DNA of 64,000 bases, from contig NZ_JABEZU010000003.1 of NCBI RefSeq assembly GCF_013149785.1, positions 1 to 64,000 of the forward strand. Reading direction: 5' to 3'. Positions 59,697 to 64,000 of the stretch are shown here, piece by piece (the first letter of the stretch is position 1; the number at the start of each line of letters is the position of its first letter). The DNA comes from Isoptericola halotolerans (GTDB lineage Bacteria; Actinomycetota; Actinomycetes; Actinomycetales; Cellulomonadaceae). The translations under genes were made by a program, and so were the position numbers. The notes beneath the pieces are model-generated. The model ran no database searches. It was not told where the DNA came from and saw nothing but the letters and a program-made list of their open reading frames with translations.

Positions 59697-62183
59697 TCAG
59701 CCGATCGCCGCCACGGGCCCGGCCAGCGGCGTCCCCGAGCCGTCGCGGCGCGGGCTCTCCTCCGGCAGCTCGGCGGGCTGACCGCCCGAGCCGACGGCCC
59801 GCGCCGGCCCCTCGCCGACCCAGGCCAGGACGAGGGAGTCCTCGCCCTTGAGGAAGCGGTGCGCCCGCACGCCGCCCGTGGCCCGGCCCTTGCCGGGGTA
59901 CAGCTCGTAAAGCGTCACCTTGGCCGACGCCGCGCCGGTGCCCGGCAAGGCCCCGGACGCGCCGGCGATCGTCACCACGGTGTACAGGTCACGCGTCGCT
60001 GCTCGCACGACGCCGAAGAACACCACGCGCTGGTCCGCACCGAGGCGGATGCCCGCCATGCCGGCCGCGGACCGACCCTGCGGTCGCACGGCCGAGGCGT
60101 CGAAGTGCAGCAGGTTCGCGTCAGAGGACATGAAGACGAGCTCGTCGTCGTCGGCCGCCGGTGCGGCCCCCACGACGGCGTCGCCGTCCTTGAGCGAGAT
60201 GACGTCCCACACGTCCCCGTTGCGCGGGGCATCGCCCGCGGCGAGTCGCTTGACGACGCCGTTGCGTGTCCCGAGGGCGAGCGTCGGCGCGTCCTCGGCC
60301 AGCGAGACCACGGCCAGCGCTTCCTCGCCCGGGTCCAGCGTCACCATCTCGCGCACCGGCACCCCGCCGGACAGCGACGGCGGGCCGTCCGTGGACGGCA
60401 TGGACGGCAGCTCGAGCACGGAGATCTTGTGCAGCCGACCGGTGGTGGTGACCAGACCGATCTCGGCGCGCGTCGTCGCCGCGACGTCGCTGCGCAGCGC
60501 GTCATGAGCGTGTCGTCGCCCGGCCCGCTCGACCGGGGCGTCCGCGCCCTCTCCCGAGGTGCGCGCGAGCAGACCTGTCGCGGACAGCAGCACCCGGGTG
60601 GGGGCGTCCTTGATCTCCAGGTCGATCGCGGGAGCCTTGCGGCCGCGCGCTGGGGCGGCCGCAGCCGACGACGCCGTCCCCCCGGCGGAGTCCAGCAGCA
60701 CGGTCCGGCGCGGGGTGCCGTAGGTGGCGGCGACCTCGCCCATCTCGTCCGAGACGACGGCGTGCAGCTTCGCCTCGTCGCCGAGGATCTCCTCCAGGGC
60801 CGCGATCTCCTTCTCCAGCTCCGACTTCTCGGTCTCGAGCTCGATGCGGGAGAACTTGGTGAGCCGGCGCAGCTGCAGGTCGAGGATGTACGTGGCCTGC
60901 GGCTCGGACAGGTCGAAGACCGACTGCAGCCGTTCGCGAGCGGTGGCGGCGTCGTCGGAGGTCCGGATGACCTGGATGACCTCGTCGATGTCGAGGATCG
61001 CGACGAGCAGACCCTCTACCAGGTGCAGGCGGTCCTTGCGCTTGGCGAGACGGAAGGTCGAGCGGCGGCGGACCACGTCCACACGGTGGTCGACCCACAC
61101 GCGCAGCAGGTCCAGGAGGCCGAGGGTGCGCGGCTGGCCGTCCACGAGGGAGACGTTGTTGATGCCGAACGAGTCCTCGAGCGGCGTCGTCCGGTAGAGC
61201 TGCTCCAGCACGGCCTCCGGGTCGAACCCGGTCTTGACCTCGATGACCAGCCGCATCCCGTGCGAGCGGTCGGTGAGGTCCTGGACGTTCGTGACGCCCT
61301 GGATCTTCTTGTTCTTCACCCCGTCGGCGATCTTCTCGATCACCTTCTCCGGGCCCACCGTGTACGGCAGCTCGGTGACGACGATGCCCTTGCGGCGCGG
61401 CGTCACGTTCTCGATGCGGGCGGTGGCGCGGGTGCGGAAGGAGCCGCGGCCGGTGCGGTAGGCGTCGCGCACGCCGTCGAGCCCGACGATCTTGCCGCCG
61501 GTGGGCAGGTCCGGGCCGGGGACGTAGCGCATGACGTCCTCGAGGGTGGCGCCGGGGTTCTTCAGCAGGTGCTGACCGGCGGCGACCACCTCGACGAGGT
61601 TGTGCGGCGGCATGTTCGTCGCCATGCCCACCGCGATGCCGGAGGCGCCGTTGACCAGCAGGTTCGGCACGGCCGAGGGCAGCACCTCGGGCTGGGTGAG
61701 CTTGTTGTCGTAGTTCGGGACGAAGTCGACGACGTCCTCGTCCAGGCCGGCGGTCATCGCCATCGACGGGGCCGCGAGGCGGGCCTCGGTGTACCGCGGG
61801 GCGGCCGGGCCGTCGTCGAGCGAGCCGAAGTTGCCGTGGCCGTCCACCAGCGGCAACCGCAGCGAGAAGCTCTGCGCCAGGCGTACGAGCGCGTCGTAGA
61901 TGGCGGTGTCACCGTGCGGGTGCAGCTTGCCCATGACCTCGCCCACCACGCGCGAGGACTTGACGTACGCGCGGTCGGGGCGCAGCCCCATGTCCGACAT
62001 CATGTACAGGATCCGGCGCTGCACGGGCTTGAGCCCGTCGCGCGCGTCGGGGAGCGCCCGCGAGTAGATGACGGAGTACGCGTACTCGAGGAACGACGTC
62101 TCCATCTCCGCGGCGACGTCGATGTCGACGATCTTCTCGTCGAACGGCTCGTCGGCGACGGCTGCGGCCTTCTTGCGCGCCAT
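59697..62183 (-). CDS. parC: DNA topoisomerase IV subunit A
   Basis: [28 protein letters not shown] catalytic Tyr, [13 protein letters not shown]; degenerate C-terminal pinwheel. Confidence 0.9.
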   Translation of the reverse strand: MARKKAAAVADEPFDEKIVDIDVAAEMETSFLEYAYSVIYSRALPDARDGLKPVQRRILYMMSDMGLRPDRAYVKSSRVVGEVMGKLHPHGDTAIYDALVRLAQSFSLRLPLVDGHGNFGSLDDGPAAPRYTEARLAAPSMAMTAGLDEDVVDFVPNYDNKLTQPEVLPSAVPNLLVNGASGIAVGMATNMPPHNLVEVVAAGQHLLKNPGATLEDVMRYVPGPDLPTGGKIVGLDGVRDAYRTGRGSFRTRATARIENVTPRRKGIVVTELPYTVGPEKVIEKIADGVKNKKIQGVTNVQDLTDRSHGMRLVIEVKTGFDPEAVLEQLYRTTPLEDSFGINNVSLVDGQPRTLGLLDLLRVWVDHRVDVVRRRSTFRLAKRKDRLHLVEGLLVAILDIDEVIQVIRTSDDAATARERLQSVFDLSEPQATYILDLQLRRLTKFSRIELETEKSELEKEIAALEEILGDEAKLHAVVSDEMGEVAATYGTPRRTVLLDSAGGTASSAAAAPARGRKAPAIDLEIKDAPTRVLLSATGLLARTSGEGADAPVERAGRRHAHDALRSDVAATTRAEIGLVTTTGRLHKISVLELPSMPSTDGPPSLSGGVPVREMVTLDPGEEALAVVSLAEDAPTLALGTRNGVVKRLAAGDAPRNGDVWDVISLKDGDAVVGAAPAADDDELVFMSSDANLLHFDASAVRPQGRSAAGMAGIRLGADQRVVFFGVVRAATRDLYTVVTIAGASGALPGTGAASAKVTLYELYPGKGRATGGVRAHRFLKGEDSLVLAWVGEGPARAVGSGGQPAELPEESPRRDGSGTPLAGPVAAIG

Positions 62184-62388
62184 GCGGTGCGGCTCCCTGG
62201 ATCGTTCTCGGCTGCGAGGTGGTGCCCGACGGCGGCATATCGGCCCCGTACGGACGTTCGAGGGAAGCGTAGCGCCAGTGCGCGGCAGGGCGGTGCAGAC
62301 GGGCCGATGCGTGCTCGACAGGGCGCCGTCTCGAAGATGGTTCACTTGTTCGAGGAGCATCGCGGCGAGATTGCGGAGGGTAATCCTG

Positions 62389-63150
62389 ATGGCCAACGTT
62401 CTGGTGACGGGTGCGTCCCGGGGGATCGGTCGTGCGATCGCGGTGGCTCTTGCCGGCCGTGGTGACCGGGTCGCTGTCCACTACGGCTCCGACCGGGAGG
62501 CGGCCGAGGAGACGCTCGGACTGCTGGCCGGCGCGGGGCACACGGTGGTGGGCGGGGACCTGGGCCGGCCGGAGGGCGCCGAGAGCATCGTCACGGCGGC
62601 GACAGGGGCGCTCGGGGGAGTCGACGTCCTCGTCAACAACGCGGCGATCGCGCCCAGCGCACGCCGTCATCATCCGATCGAGACCGTGGACTACGCGGAC
62701 TGGCAGCGGATCTGGCGGGAGATGATCGACGTCGACCTCATCGCTGCGGCGAACATGACGTATCTCGTCGCGCGGCAGATCATCGCCCGCGGTACCGGTG
62801 GGACCATCGTGAACATCGGCTCCCGGGGAGCGTTTCGCGGTGAGCCGGAGTTTCCCGCGTACGGAGCGGCCAAGGCCGCGCTGCACGCCTTCGGGCAGTC
62901 GATGGCCGTCGCCCTCGCCCCGCACGACATCGCGGTCGCGTCGGTCGCTCCGGGGTTCGTCAGCTCCGAGAGGCAGGCGGCCAAGCTGGCGAGCCCGACG
63001 GGCGACGCCGTGCGGTCGGAGAGCCCGTTCGGGCGGGTAGGGACGCCGGAAGAGGTCGCGCACGCGGTGCTGTACCTGACCTCCCCGGGGGCGGTCTGGG
63101 CCTCAGGCGCGATTCTCGACCTCAACGGCGCCTCCCACCTGCGCACCTGA
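62389..63150 (+). CDS. SDR family oxidoreductase
   Basis: [21 protein letters not shown] and APG motifs. Confidence 0.95.
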   Translation: MANVLVTGASRGIGRAIAVALAGRGDRVAVHYGSDREAAEETLGLLAGAGHTVVGGDLGRPEGAESIVTAATGALGGVDVLVNNAAIAPSARRHHPIETVDYADWQRIWREMIDVDLIAAANMTYLVARQIIARGTGGTIVNIGSRGAFRGEPEFPAYGAAKAALHAFGQSMAVALAPHDIAVASVAPGFVSSERQAAKLASPTGDAVRSESPFGRVGTPEEVAHAVLYLTSPGAVWASGAILDLNGASHLRT

Positions 63151-63244
63151 GCTCTGGCGCGACGGTTCGACCCGGTGCACCGGCCGATGAGCACCACCTC
63201 GCCGCCCTGGTTTCTGCTCGGGCGACGTCGCTGACACCCCGAGG

Positions 63245-63595
63245 TCAGTCCAGGTCGAGGTGCAGCCTCAGCGCGTCCTCGACGGCCGCGAGTTGTTCAC
63301 GTGTCAGGCGGCCCGCACGTTCGACCAGTCGTGAGACGTCCAACGCCCGAACCTGCTCTGCCTGCGCCTTGGAGTCGCGTGGCAGTCCGGAGGACTCCTG
63401 GTCGATCAGCACCTGGAACGTCAGCACCCGGCGAGTGCTGCTCGTCAGTGGCACGACCGTGAGGACGCCGCGTCCGAGGCGTCGCGCCACCCTGTTGTGC
63501 GCGTCGTGGGACACGATGACGACCGGCCGGACCTTGTCGGACTTGGAACCTCGCGAGGGGTCGAGGTCCGCGAGCCAGATCTCACCGCGGTGCAT
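63245..63595 (-). CDS. mazF: MazF/PemK endoribonuclease toxin
   Basis: RGEIWLADLDPSRGS..RPVVIVS..VVPLTS..KAQAEQVR motifs. Confidence 0.95.
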   Translation of the reverse strand: MHRGEIWLADLDPSRGSKSDKVRPVVIVSHDAHNRVARRLGRGVLTVVPLTSSTRRVLTFQVLIDQESSGLPRDSKAQAEQVRALDVSRLVERAGRLTREQLAAVEDALRLHLDLD

Positions 63596-63815
63596 CGGCG
63601 TCCAGTCCGTCGCCGACGGTCGCATCCCAGGCGTCGGCATCGTCCGAGTCCGCCCACTCCTCGATCGCCTCGGCGTACTCGGCCTCCAGGTCACGGGCCT
63701 GCAACGCCTTGATCGCGGCATGGATCGTCGCCGAGCGTGAGGACAGTCCCACGCGCTCGGCGTAGGCATCCAGGTAGCGCAGATCTTGCTCCCGCAGGCT
63801 CACACTGACTTTCAT
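63582..63815 (-). CDS. mazE: Ribbon-helix-helix MazE antitoxin
   Basis: MKVSVSL..D...LD.Y....SRS..I..A; acidic C-terminus W..TVGDGL; overlaps mazF. Confidence 0.92.
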   Translation of the reverse strand: MKVSVSLREQDLRYLDAYAERVGLSSRSATIHAAIKALQARDLEAEYAEAIEEWADSDDADAWDATVGDGLDADAPR

Positions 63816-63825
63816 ACCCTTGATG

Positions 63826-63837
63826 CTACTCCGGTAG
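63826..63837. promoter_or_regulatory. Putative mazEF autoregulatory operator
   Basis: CTAC-TCCG-GTAG inverted repeat overlapping the TAGCAT -10 of mazE. Confidence 0.5.
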
Positions 63838-63907
63838 TCCGCTCCCATGCCCGGGACTCGGAGGGGACACCCGAGTGCCCGGTGCGCGCAGCGGATAGCC
63901 TGCTCGG

Positions 63908-64000
63908 ATGGAGGATCTGCGCCCCGCCCCCTACCCGGTCGAGTGGGAGGCCGACGTCGTGCTGCGCGACGGCACCACGATGCACGTGCGCCCGATCCGG
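63908..64000 (+). CDS. GNAT/acyl-CoA synthetase-like protein acetyltransferase, 5' part only
   Basis: MEDLRPAPYPVEWEADVVLRDGTTMHVRPIR; TAGCCT -10 six nt upstream. Confidence 0.8.
   Translation, partial: MEDLRPAPYPVEWEADVVLRDGTTMHVRPIR

Noticed and set aside
59859..62465. Long antisense ORFs (also 330-1985, 7960-10347, 23317-25551, 53999-56431 and others)
   Set aside because: Typical stop-free shadow frames of high-GC3 genes; no recognisable motifs, and each lies opposite a confident gene.
62389..63150. SDR as the missing pentose dehydrogenase of the Weimberg-type cluster
   Set aside because: It is about 27 kb away, has no clear copy of the operator and shows only generic SDR motifs, so nothing links it to the cluster.

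Overview
High-GC actinobacterial chromosome segment, probably a cellulomonad-like member of the Micrococcales (inferred from gene order, codon bias and many leaderless genes). 1-25.6 kb is conserved core: partial sodA, ctaE-qcrCAB, trpD, a DEDD/GIY-YIG nuclease, fadD, glk, plsC-like acyltransferase, PPi-PFK, class II DAHP synthase, pknL, polyprenyl synthase, sigA and topoisomerase IV subunit B. The 34 kb between the convergent parE (+) and parC (-) genes is accessory. It holds a DUF4430 lipoprotein plus ECF S-component-like pair (candidate B12 uptake) and a LacI-controlled Weimberg-type oxidative pentose cluster with a GH120 beta-xylosidase. It also holds a secreted tandem esterase, a FrnE/DsbA whose Cys tail is a separate micro-ORF, arfB, a HAD-phnDCEE-rpiR operon and metH. 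Within it lies a lower-GC island (about 47.8-52.8 kb) with an AAA/DUF4143 ATPase-nuclease, a four-repeat zinc-ribbon Vsr-like endonuclease, and a translationally coupled pair: a 406-aa unknown and a 138-aa ADP-ribosyltransferase-like protein. That pair is my best candidate for an undescribed toxin/anti-phage system. The window ends with an SDR, mazEF and the start of a GNAT/CoA-ligase gene. I saw no rRNA, tRNA, CRISPR array, integrase or transposase. All family calls come from motif recognition by eye, not database searches.
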